IMG/VR virus record: IMGVR_UViG_3300044852_000057
Span: 1 to 45,394 of that record
Direction: 5' to 3' (one strand)
Length of the DNA: 45,394 nucleotides
Source: a virus
Lineage: Duplodnaviria > Caudoviricetes
Part shown: positions 36,877 to 45,056 of the stretch, in pieces
How the letters are laid out: each line of letters opens with the position of its first letter
Numbering within the stretch: position 1 is the first letter of the stretch
Notes under the pieces: generated by a model
What the model was told of the DNA's origin: nothing
The model's database searches: none
Seen by the model: only the letters and a program-made list of their open reading frames with translations
Made by a program: the position numbers and the translations under genes

Positions 36877-37728
36877 CTAGCCGAGGAACGGCCGGAGCAG
36901 CCCGACCACGTCGAGGTCGATGTACCCGCAGATGAGACTCAGCGTCTTCAGCACCGATGTACCGGCTGGTGTGGCCGAGGTGGGCGTGCCGAACGCTATG
37001 TCGATGGCGGTATCGAAGTCCATTTCCATCTCTCTAGTCGGATCAACCGGGAGGAAGGAAGAGGACGCGAGTTTTGTGCGACCGTCCACCACGCCCTGGT
37101 AGACGAACTCCTTCGTACCGCCCGGTCTGAGGGTGCCGACCTTCAGGTTCTTCGTTCCGGGGAACTTCAGGACGAGACCCGAGAACGAACTGACCGTGAC
37201 GTGGATCAGCCGGTGCTTGTCGATGCGCGACAGCTCATGGAGTGCCCAGAGTGGGTGGCTGGTGAACTGTTGCCCTCGGTTATACGGCTGCGCTCGCTCG
37301 ATGACTGCGCGGGCTTCGGGGTGTACTCCCGCGATCTTGTAGAGGCCACCCCCCGGACCGGCGTCGGCAAAGCGCGTGGCGCCCGTTTTCGGTCGCCCAC
37401 GCCGGTCGATGTCACCAAAGATCGGGAACTCGGACGCCTCGCGCACCTCGGCGCTTCTGACGGGCGTGTAGGCGTCGGCCAAGGCATAGGCCAGATGGTC
37501 GAGTCCGCTGCGCATGTTCTGGAGGCAGTCGCCGAGGAGCAGGCTGAACTCGACCGGCGGAGCCTCCGCCTCGATATAGGTCGCCGTGTTGCCGGGATAG
37601 TCCTGATCCGGTTCGTTCGTGATGGTGTAGTGCTTCTGGCCGATCCATTTCTCGATCTTGATGTCGAGCCGACGCAATTGCAGACGCGCCCGACGCAACT
37701 TCAGCAGGGGGAGCGGGTAAGACGTCAT
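36877..37728 (-). CDS. IS cargo: HEPN-like helical protein (283 aa)
   Basis: KLRRA, GDCLQNMRSGLDHLAY, FPI, QPY, LHELSRIDKHR motifs; TACTCT -10 box 6 nt before ATG 37728. Confidence 0.55.
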   Translation of the reverse strand: MTSYPLPLLKLRRARLQLRRLDIKIEKWIGQKHYTITNEPDQDYPGNTATYIEAEAPPVEFSLLLGDCLQNMRSGLDHLAYALADAYTPVRSAEVREASEFPIFGDIDRRGRPKTGATRFADAGPGGGLYKIAGVHPEARAVIERAQPYNRGQQFTSHPLWALHELSRIDKHRLIHVTVSSFSGLVLKFPGTKNLKVGTLRPGGTKEFVYQGVVDGRTKLASSSFLPVDPTREMEMDFDTAIDIAFGTPTSATPAGTSVLKTLSLICGYIDLDVVGLLRPFLG

Positions 37729-37779
37729 GCGTAGAGAGTATGCGCCACCGGTCACGCATGAGCGCGTAGACTGGTCCGC

Positions 37780-38382
37780 ATGGTCCGCGCCGATCGCATC
37801 GCTACTGGTTGGGTGGCTACGTGGATGATCGCCGGCATCATCCTGCTTGTCGCCAACCTGCCGGTTGCGAACGAGCCGATGGCCGCTCAGGGCGAGCTGT
37901 TGGTCCGGATCGCCATGGGGATGATCGGCATTGGTTTTGTGGCGGTAGTAGTGGAAGTGGTCCTGCTTCTCGCGAGCTGGCGTCGCCGACCTCAGCCACC
38001 CGAGTCGTCGCCACTAAATGCAGCCTCGATTCCTTCGTTCTCGCCGGAGATCGAAGCGATGCGGACCGAACTAGCGCAACGCCAGGAAGTGGAGCGTCGC
38101 GAACAGCTCCGCCTCCTTCGCGACGAGATGACTCGGGTTCGCGACAGCTACCTCAACCCCACCCGCGGCGAGGGGTCCGGAGATCCGAAACGGGAGATGG
38201 CGGCTTGGGCCGACGCAGACAACTTCGATCGCAATGTCCGGGGCAACCTGTCCCCGGCGGACCAAATCGAGTACGACCGTCCTGTAGACCCGGCCATGCT
38301 GGCGAATCCGGAATGGCATCGGAACGTCGCGACGTACTACGAAATCAAGCGCCGGCGGATTCGTGGGATTGGGCCGCCCTAG
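37780..38382 (+). CDS. IS cargo: two-TM membrane protein with helical C-terminal domain
   Basis: two N-terminal TMs; TAGACT -10 box 7 nt before ATG; divergent from HEPN-like gene. Confidence 0.65.
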   Translation: MVRADRIATGWVATWMIAGIILLVANLPVANEPMAAQGELLVRIAMGMIGIGFVAVVVEVVLLLASWRRRPQPPESSPLNAASIPSFSPEIEAMRTELAQRQEVERREQLRLLRDEMTRVRDSYLNPTRGEGSGDPKREMAAWADADNFDRNVRGNLSPADQIEYDRPVDPAMLANPEWHRNVATYYEIKRRRIRGIGPP

Positions 38383-39209
38383 TCGATCAACCCCGCGATT
38401 TCGTCACAAGTCCAGACATGATCGGCGATGCCTGCCGCCATCGCGGGCGTTCGGTTCTTGCCGAGCGACTGGTGCGGTCGTCCGAAGTTGTAGTGCATGA
38501 AGTGCAGGCTGACCATCGCCGCGTGGTTCTCGACCTTCTTGGAGAAGGCGTTGGTCAGGCGGGTAAACCGGCGCATCGACATTCGCATCGTCAGGTTCTG
38601 CCGCTCGACATAGGAGGTCGAGATCAGGTCGGGGTCCGGATTACCGTTGACGATGAGCCGCTTTTCCGAGAGGACAACAGGCGGACTAAATCGTCGATCT
38701 TCCTTCGGGTCGGCCCCGTATTCCTTCATGAGCATCGCGTAGTCAACCTGCCCCCGGAACGCCTCGTCCACCGCATCGGGGTAGGCGTGCAGCCCGTCCG
38801 TGGTGAGCTGCACCCGGTTGGCGAGCCGACCGGCGAGATCGACCATGAAGGCCGTTGCCGACTCGGGCGAGTGGTCGCCGACCAGCCACGTCGGGACGAG
38901 CTTGGTATCGGGGTCGATGGCAACCCACGTCCAGACATCGCCGATGCCGTACTCGCCGCGCCGCTCGTCGGGGACCGTCTTGGCCTTCATGCCGACGAAG
39001 GACCAAATCTCGTCGCACTCGATCCGCCGCGAGGCGATGTTCCGGAGCGCCTTGTCCTGGTAGTCGTTGGCCGCAGCGCCGACCTGCACGAGCAGGGTCG
39101 AGATCGTGTTCCGGGCAAAGCCGGTCATCCGTGCGACGGATCGGAGGGAATTGCCCTCGACCAACATCCGGATGATCTGCGCCCGTTCGGCCCTGCTCAA
39201 TCGGTTCAT
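38379..39209 (-). CDS. IS1-family DDE transposase
   Basis: N-terminal HTH (GNSLRSVARMTG), CDEIWSFV, TTDG, STSYVERQNLTMR, RRFTRLTNAFSKK, TPAMAAG. Confidence 0.93.
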   Translation of the reverse strand: MNRLSRAERAQIIRMLVEGNSLRSVARMTGFARNTISTLLVQVGAAANDYQDKALRNIASRRIECDEIWSFVGMKAKTVPDERRGEYGIGDVWTWVAIDPDTKLVPTWLVGDHSPESATAFMVDLAGRLANRVQLTTDGLHAYPDAVDEAFRGQVDYAMLMKEYGADPKEDRRFSPPVVLSEKRLIVNGNPDPDLISTSYVERQNLTMRMSMRRFTRLTNAFSKKVENHAAMVSLHFMHYNFGRPHQSLGKNRTPAMAAGIADHVWTCDEIAGLID

Positions 39210-39275
39210 ACTGACACTATGCGTAAGGGTCGTGCCAACTGTATGGCACAGCCCGGAGCCGAGAGCGGAAAGAAC

Positions 39276-39515
39276 CTAGGAGCGGTTGCCCCAGCGGGCG
39301 AGCGCGGCCTTGCGAGCGCTATCGGCCCGTTCCTCGGGCGTCATGTTCGCGGCGCGCACCTTTCCCCCAACCATGCCACCCTTACGGCCCAACTCGACAG
39401 CAGCCGGGTCCTTGACTCGGGCAGGCGGATCAGGCTCGCGCTGGCCCGTGGCGAAATCGACCACGGCCTTAGCGAGCTGGTTGGGGTCGCGCGGCATTCG
39501 GGAGCGCTTAGGCAT
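39276..39515 (-). CDS. small basic protein upstream of transposase
   Basis: PRDPNQLAK...KDPAAVELGRKGG...ARKAALARW, typical companion of this transposase group. Confidence 0.75.
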   Translation of the reverse strand: MPKRSRMPRDPNQLAKAVVDFATGQREPDPPARVKDPAAVELGRKGGMVGGKVRAANMTPEERADSARKAALARWGNRS

Positions 39516-39618
39516 GCCGGAATCATGGGGCATGCCTCAGGGATCGGTCAAGCGACGGGCGGCTCAAATTGAGCCACTACCGGCATTTCCATGTCAGCGG
39601 GCATCGGGTGCTCTGGCC

Positions 39619-40878
39619 GTGAGCGCGCGGAAGGCGGGCCCGGCCTGGCGATCGCGGATCACAGGCTCGGGCGAGGTCGCTCCAGGCGAGCTCCACGCGA
39701 ATCCTGGCAATTGGAGGACCCATCCAGCCGGCCAGCGCGGCGCGCTCCGCGGCGCGCTCACCGAGGTCGGTTGGGTGCAGCAGATCCTCGTCAACCAGCG
39801 GACCGGCAACGTCGTCGACGGCCATGCGCGGCTCGAGGAGGCGCTCGCGCGCTCCGAGCCGTCCGTGCCGGTGCTCTACGTCGACCTGTCCGAGGCGGAG
39901 GAGGCGCTGGTCCTGGCGACGCTCGATCCCATCGGCGCGATGGCCGAGTCCGACACGGCGGCGCTCGGCGCGCTCCTCGAGCGGGTGAAGGTCGACGACG
40001 CTGATCTCGGCGCGCTGCTAGCGAATCTCGGCGGCGTCGAATCGCGCCGGCCTGGGCTCGTCGATCCCGACGAGCTCCCGGTGCCGCGGGATCCCGACGT
40101 GCAGCCTGGCGAGCTCTGGTCGCTCGGCGAGCATCGGCTCCTCGTCGGCGACGCGACGTCGGCGGGCGACGTGGAGCGGCTGCTTGACGGCTCAGGCATC
40201 GATTGCGTCTGGACGGATCCGCCATATGGCGTCGCCGTCGTCGGCGGGACCGAGGAGAAGCTCACGATCCGGAACGACGACCTGACCGCGGCCGCGACGC
40301 GCGAGCTCATCGCCGGCGCGCTCCGGCTGGCGCCGCTCCGGCCGGGCGGCGTGTTCTACGTCGCCGCTCCCGGCGGGCCGACGCTGCTGGCGTTCCTGCC
40401 GGCACTCGAGGACGCGGCCTGGCGGCTCCGCCAGACGATCGTCTGGGCCAAGGACCGGTTCGTCCTCGGGCACTCCGACTTCCATTACCGGCACGAGAAC
40501 GTCCTCGTCGGCGACGTCGGCGGCCGTGACCAGGAGACGTTCGCGTACGGATGGGCGGCCGGCGCCGCGCACCGGTTCACCGGCGGGCGTCGGCTCGACA
40601 CGCTCTGGGAGATCCCGCGGCCGTCGGCGAGCCGCGACCACCCGACCATGAAGCCGGTCGAGATCGTGGCGCGCTCGCTCGAGTATTCGACCGTCGCCGG
40701 CGAGCTCGTCTACGACCCGTTCGCGGGCTCCGGGACCACGGTCATCGCGGCCGAGCAGCTGGGCCGGCGCGCGCGCGTCCTCGAGATCGACCCGCGGTAC
40801 GCGCAGGTGATCCTCGACCGCTGGCAGGCGTTCACCGGGCTCGTGCCGGAGCTCCTCGAGGGTCCTCCGCCGGCCTGA
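39619..40878 (+). CDS. ParB-like N-terminal domain fused to N6-adenine DNA methyltransferase
   Basis: NWRTHP, VDGHAR ParB-like motifs; TDPPY, HPTMKP, DPFAGSGTT. Confidence 0.92.
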   Translation: MSARKAGPAWRSRITGSGEVAPGELHANPGNWRTHPAGQRGALRGALTEVGWVQQILVNQRTGNVVDGHARLEEALARSEPSVPVLYVDLSEAEEALVLATLDPIGAMAESDTAALGALLERVKVDDADLGALLANLGGVESRRPGLVDPDELPVPRDPDVQPGELWSLGEHRLLVGDATSAGDVERLLDGSGIDCVWTDPPYGVAVVGGTEEKLTIRNDDLTAAATRELIAGALRLAPLRPGGVFYVAAPGGPTLLAFLPALEDAAWRLRQTIVWAKDRFVLGHSDFHYRHENVLVGDVGGRDQETFAYGWAAGAAHRFTGGRRLDTLWEIPRPSASRDHPTMKPVEIVARSLEYSTVAGELVYDPFAGSGTTVIAAEQLGRRARVLEIDPRYAQVILDRWQAFTGLVPELLEGPPPA

Positions 40879-40892
40879 AAAGAAACCCGGCG

Positions 40893-40944
40893 AACGTTGC
40901 GCAAGGGTATTGACAGCCGTATTGCGCAGAGGTAATGTTCGGGC
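40893..40944 (+). promoter_or_regulatory. sigma70 promoter P1 with two TTGCGCA operator boxes, leaderless start
   Basis: TTGACA 40910, 17-nt spacer, TAATGT 40933, ATG 40945; boxes at 40897 and 40922. Confidence 0.8.
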
Positions 40945-41394
40945 ATGGACACCACCACCCATCCCGCTCCGGAGGCTCACTCGATGCGCCACGCCACCAC
41001 GTTCGTCGCCGTCGAGGCCAGCGGGCCCGGCGCCATCGCCGGTTTCGAGCTCCGCTGCGACGCGTGCGGCGTCGTCGGCCGGACCTCCCTCGAGTCGATC
41101 GCGCGGGCCGTCACCTCCGGGCCCGAGGCGCAGTACGCGGCTCCGGATCCGGCCACCGAGCTCGACGACGAGCCCGAGGTCGAGCTCGGCGAGGAGCTCG
41201 CCGAGGCGATCGAGGCGACGCTCGAGTCGTTCGAGACGCTCATCTCCGCGCTCAACTGGGCCGGCGCCGGCAACGACTTCTTCGGCCGGTTCCGGGCCTA
41301 CCACATGGCCGACCTCGAGGGCGCCAACGGCGGATGGCTCGGCGGGCCGTTCCTGGCCGACGCACTCCGGCAGCTGAAGGACGGGCAGTTCTGA
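40945..41394 (+). CDS. acidic small early protein
   Basis: first gene after P1; Glu/Asp-rich; CDAC motif. Confidence 0.7.
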   Translation: MDTTTHPAPEAHSMRHATTFVAVEASGPGAIAGFELRCDACGVVGRTSLESIARAVTSGPEAQYAAPDPATELDDEPEVELGEELAEAIEATLESFETLISALNWAGAGNDFFGRFRAYHMADLEGANGGWLGGPFLADALRQLKDGQF

Positions 41395-41609
41395 TGCTCG
41401 GCGACGAGCGGTACAAGGCGCTGGCGACGCTGGCGCTCCGCGCGGCGCTCGAGGCGCCGATCCACCGGGCGCCGTTCTCAACCGAGGCGCGCGTCCGGTG
41501 GTCGACCATCGAGGCGATCCGCGAGGAGGCCGGCAAGCTCGGCATCGACTGGATGGCCGTCCACCCGGCGGCCGTCACGCGAGCAGCCACCAAGGCTGGC
41601 CGGTCATGA
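41394..41609 (+). CDS. hypothetical protein
   Basis: TGATG coupling. Confidence 0.55.
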   Translation: MLGDERYKALATLALRAALEAPIHRAPFSTEARVRWSTIEAIREEAGKLGIDWMAVHPAAVTRAATKAGRS

Positions 41610-41785
41610 CGCTCGATCGCCGCGAGCATCTCTTCCGGGTGACCTACCCAGACGGCTCGCGCATCGTCGTCCGGTCGCTCCCTGGGCCGGCGCTCGCGGC
41701 GAAGGTCCGGGCCGGCCGGCCTGCCGGCGAGGTCCTCACGATCGTCGACCAGACGGCCGTCGAGTCCGGGTCCTGGCGCCGATGA
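41606..41785 (+). CDS. hypothetical protein
   Basis: ATGA coupling. Confidence 0.5.
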   Translation: MTLDRREHLFRVTYPDGSRIVVRSLPGPALAAKVRAGRPAGEVLTIVDQTAVESGSWRR

Positions 41786-42288
41786 GCGATCACGAGGGCT
41801 GGCGCTGCTCCGGCTGCGCCACGCTCGTCGCCGACGGCTCCGGGTTCCGGGTCACGCTCGACCCGCGGATCCGGCTCGGCTGGTGCCTCGAGTGCGAGGC
41901 GCGACGTCCCTGGAAGGCCGTGGCGGGCCCGGAGCCCGTCGTCGCTGTCAGCGTGCCGGCCAGGGCGCCGGCTGGCGCGTACGAGGCCGGCATCGCGGCG
42001 TCGGAGCTCGCGGCGCGCCACCGCTGGACGTTCCTCGAGCGCCTCCAGGTCGACGGCGCGATTCGGGCCGTCGCCGGGCGTCTGGCCGAGTTCACGGCCG
42101 ACGATGTCTGGTCCGAGCTCGGCGCGGAGTTCCCGGTCACCAAGGGCCTCGCCGGCAGGCTCAACGCGGCCATGCGCGCCGGCCTCATCCGCGCGTCCGG
42201 CCGGGTCACGGTCAGCCGTCGCTCCGGCGACCACGGTCATGCGCAGCGCCTGGGCGTGTGGGTTCCTGGCCGGCGCGGTGCCGAATGA
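41782..42288 (+). CDS. Zn-ribbon plus winged-helix-like protein
   Basis: CSGC/CLEC; FTADDVW...LAGRLNAA...GLI...VW. Confidence 0.6.
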   Translation: MSDHEGWRCSGCATLVADGSGFRVTLDPRIRLGWCLECEARRPWKAVAGPEPVVAVSVPARAPAGAYEAGIAASELAARHRWTFLERLQVDGAIRAVAGRLAEFTADDVWSELGAEFPVTKGLAGRLNAAMRAGLIRASGRVTVSRRSGDHGHAQRLGVWVPGRRGAE

Positions 42289-42289
42289 T

Positions 42290-42341
42290 AACGTTGCGCA
42301 CGGGTATTGACTCCGACGTTGCGCAGGCGTATTCTCCGGGT
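42290..42341 (+). promoter_or_regulatory. sigma70 promoter P2, paralogue of P1
   Basis: TTGACT 42307, 17-nt spacer, TATTCT 42330, ATG 42342; TTGCGCA at 42294 and 42319. Confidence 0.8.
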
Positions 42342-42689
42342 ATGGACACTACCACCCTGGAGGCTCAGATGGCTCGCAAGACGTTCTTCCGCTCCCTCAC
42401 CACCGACGACATCGAGTCCGGCCTGGACTCGCCGGATTTCGAGGGCTACGGCTACCTCGGCGAGCGCGGCCGCCACGGTCGCATCGGCGACATGCAGATC
42501 GGCGACGCGGCGCTCCTCGATCGCGCCAACGAGCTCCGCTGGACGGCCGACGAGCTCGTCGCGTTCGTGGTCTCGAAGGCGGGCCGCTGGTACGCCGACG
42601 AAGTGTTCGGCTCCGGCGTCCGGTCCTCCGTCAACCCGCTGCAGCTGCGCAGCCTGGCCGACCGCGCGATCGTGCGGTACACGAAGTGA
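42342..42689 (+). CDS. small early protein (MDTTT start)
   Basis: first gene after P2. Confidence 0.7.
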   Translation: MDTTTLEAQMARKTFFRSLTTDDIESGLDSPDFEGYGYLGERGRHGRIGDMQIGDAALLDRANELRWTADELVAFVVSKAGRWYADEVFGSGVRSSVNPLQLRSLADRAIVRYTK

Positions 42690-43504
42690 CCGAGCTCGAG
42701 CTCCGGGCGGTCATGGCCGACGAGTCGCGATCCGTCGAGGATCGGCTCGAGGCGGCCGGCCAGGTCGGGGCGCTCGTGGCGAAGGCGCGCGACGTCGAGC
42801 ATGCCGCGAGCCACGGCCGGACGGAGCTCCGCTACGGGCGCGTCGAGCGCCGGCGCGGCTACCGCGGCCAGGTCGTGTGCCTCGACTGCTACTACGGCAA
42901 GGGCGTCCGATGATCGCCGTCGGCGATCTCGTCCTGGTGACGGCTGGCGCCTACGGCGGCCACGAGGGGTCCGTCGAGGCGATGTCCGAGGTCTCGGGCG
43001 CCATCATCGTTCGCCTGGGCCGGTTCTACGCGGCGTTCGGCGCGTCCGAGCTCCACGTCATCGACCGGGCCCGAGGCACCATCGCCGCATCGCCGGCGAC
43101 CGAGGCGGCGGGTTCCGCTGGCAAGACCTACTACGAGTCTGGGAGGGTTCGCTCGTGACTACCACGCAGGCGCCGCTGGCGCCGATCACGATGTCGTTTC
43201 GCGAGGTCCTCGAGTTCGAGGCCGCCAACACCGGGATCGCGTCGATCAAGCTCGTCGACGGGCGCGTGCTCGTCGTGTCTGGGCCGATCGAGTTCGGTCC
43301 TGGCTGGCTGATCGTCCACCACGGCCACGGCGAGGCCGGCGGCCGGGCGATCGTCCCGTTCACCGCGATCCTCGCCGTCAACCTGTCATGAGCGCCAGTC
43401 GGCTCGCGTTCCTCGTGACCGTGCTCGCGTTCGTCATCTTCGCCGCGGCGCTGGCCGTCCGGTTCGTGCCGCTCCTCATCAAGATCAAGGAGGTCCTCCC
43501 GTGA
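42686..43504 (+). CDS. four coupled small ORFs (42686-42913, 42910-43158 KOW/SH3-like, 43155-43391, 43388-43504 single TM)
   Basis: GTGA/ATGA overlaps; VGDLVLVTAGAYGGHEGSV is KOW-like. Confidence 0.55.
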
Positions 43505-43692
43505 TGATCAAGCTGTCGGTCGCTGCCGAGCGCCTGGACACGTCCGGCGCCAACCTCCGGGCGGCCATCGCTCGGGGCTCCCTGGCCGTAACGCGCTGTC
43601 CGTGCGGCCGCGAGTGGATGGTCGAGGAGTCCGAGGTCGAGCGGTTCCGGCGCGAGAACAGGCGCTCGCCGAAGGCCGCGGTGCCGGCGTGA
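43501..43692 (+). CDS. excisionase/MerR-type HTH protein
   Basis: LSVAAERL...LRAAIARGSL...GREWMVEESEVERF; AAGGAGG RBS. Confidence 0.75.
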   Translation: MMIKLSVAAERLDTSGANLRAAIARGSLAVTRCPCGREWMVEESEVERFRRENRRSPKAAVPA

Positions 43693-44117
43693 CCCGGCTC
43701 GCGGTCCGGCGATTCGTCTGCGCGCTCCGGGGCCACCCGATGCTCGCCGGCTGGACGGGCCGATGGCTCTGCGCATGCGGCGCTCGAGGGCTCCGCTGGT
43801 GGTACGGGCCCGGCTCGACCGCGGCTCCGCTCGCCTGGGACGGCTCGCCGCAGGCGCACCCGGTCACGTTCATGGCGATGCTCCGGCGGGAGTCCGATCG
43901 GCTCAGCCGCGAGCTCCTCGACCGGCTGTCGATCGACGGGCTGTCGATCGACGGGCTCCAGGCCGTCTACGGGATCGAGGACATGCCGCTCGCGTCGCTC
44001 GAGCCATACCAGGTGCGATACCTCCGGGCGCTCGGCGGTCCCGTCCTGGCGGGCGTGCCATTGATCGTCGGCGAGTCCGGGCGCGAGACCTTCATTCCTG
44101 GGATGGACCTGTCATGA
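43689..44117 (+). CDS. hypothetical protein with C-terminal TMP-like GGPV motif
   Basis: N-terminal CALRGH...CACG; C-terminal ALGGPVLAGVPLIVGESGRETFIP. Confidence 0.55.
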   Translation: MTRLAVRRFVCALRGHPMLAGWTGRWLCACGARGLRWWYGPGSTAAPLAWDGSPQAHPVTFMAMLRRESDRLSRELLDRLSIDGLSIDGLQAVYGIEDMPLASLEPYQVRYLRALGGPVLAGVPLIVGESGRETFIPGMDLS

Positions 44118-44959
44118 CCAAGCGACCGCGTCGGCGCTGTCTCGTCTGCGGCGCCATCGTCCGGCGTCCTGGCAAGCACGCCAACCACCGTCATCCTGGG
44201 CTCGTGCGGTTCGAGCTCGTGCCGAAGGCCACGGTGCAGGCGTGATCCGGCGTCGGATCACCGATTGGGCCGCGTCGCTCCTCGCCGGGCTCCTCGTGGC
44301 GGCCGTCATCGCCTGGGCCGGCGGGCCGGCCTGGGCTGGCGCCGGGTTCGGGATGCTGGCGTTCTACGTGTTCCGGCTCGGCGACAAGCTCGACATCTGG
44401 CGACGCTGATGCCGACGCTCCGCGACGGCAACAACCGCGTCGTCGTGCACCGGATCGAGGACCGTCCGGCATGGTCCGAGCCTCCGGTCCGGGTCGCTCG
44501 CTCGAGCGCGCCACCGAGGTGCGCCGTCTGTCGGGATCCGCGCGTCCGGGCGGCGCACTACTACCTCGTGTCGATCGAGCTCGTCGACGGGCGCAAGGCC
44601 AGCCGATCGAATGGCGCGATCGATCTGTGCGAGTCGTGCCATGCCGCGGTCACGCGCTCCGCGGCGCTCGTCGGTCGCAGGCGGGCCCGATGATCACCGA
44701 CCGCCGGACCAAGCACCTCCGGATCGAGGCGTCGCTCGAGTTCATCCGCGACGCGGCTGGCCGGCGGATGATCCGCGAGGAGGCCGAGCTCGAGCTCGCC
44801 GCGATCGGGCCACGCCTGGCGCCGCGCGTCTGGCGCATGGCCGAGGTTGAGGAGGGCTGGTACGTGATCCGCGTGTTCGAGGGGGCGCGTGCCGTGGAGG
44901 GGGCGCTCGACTGGCGCGCACGTCGTCGGGCTGGCGAGCCGGGCGTGTTCCTGCCGTAG
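44114..44959 (+). CDS. four coupled small ORFs (44114-44245, 44242-44409 TM, 44409-44693 Zn finger, 44690-44959)
   Basis: start/stop overlaps; CxxC motifs. Confidence 0.5.
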
Positions 44960-45002
44960 CGGGGGTGCTCAGGCGGGGCGGCGTGATGTAGGATCGCGGC
45001 CG

Positions 45003-45056
45003 ATGGCTACCACCACCACGCTGGTCCCGCTCCGCGTCGCCGAGGTCACGTCCTGA
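45003..45056 (+). CDS. 17-aa leader-like peptide MATTTTLVPLRVAEVTS
   Basis: TAGGAT -10-like box at 44989; TGATG coupling to HNH gene. Confidence 0.35.
   Translation: MATTTTLVPLRVAEVTS

Larger units (their letters stand above)
36734..39581 (-). mobile_element. IS1-family element with passenger genes (2848 bp)
   Basis: TIRs 36734-36758 and 39557-39581 (22/25 identical, GGT(A/G)GTGGCTCAATTT..), 8-bp TSD GGCATTTC at 36726-36733 and 39582-39589, DDE transposase, shifted composition. Confidence 0.95.
36620..39622 (+). pseudogene. 48-aa membrane protein gene split by the IS (36620-36733 + 39590-39622)
   Basis: removing IS plus one TSD gives MRWVLL...PGHFHVSGHRVLWP* whose stop overlaps the next GTG. 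Confidence 0.75.

Noticed and set aside
36868-39572. + strand ORFs 36868-37734 and 37809-39572 inside the IS
   Set aside because: Antisense or out-of-frame overlaps of the cargo and transposase genes
39286-39618. Long N-terminal extension of the ParB-MTase given in the ORF track
   Set aside because: It lies mostly within the IS; the true start is more likely GTG 39619, coupled to the stop of the disrupted gene
39619-40100. ParB-like domain as evidence of a plasmid-prophage partition system
   Set aside because: It is the common ParB-MTase fusion; no ParA or parS array seen
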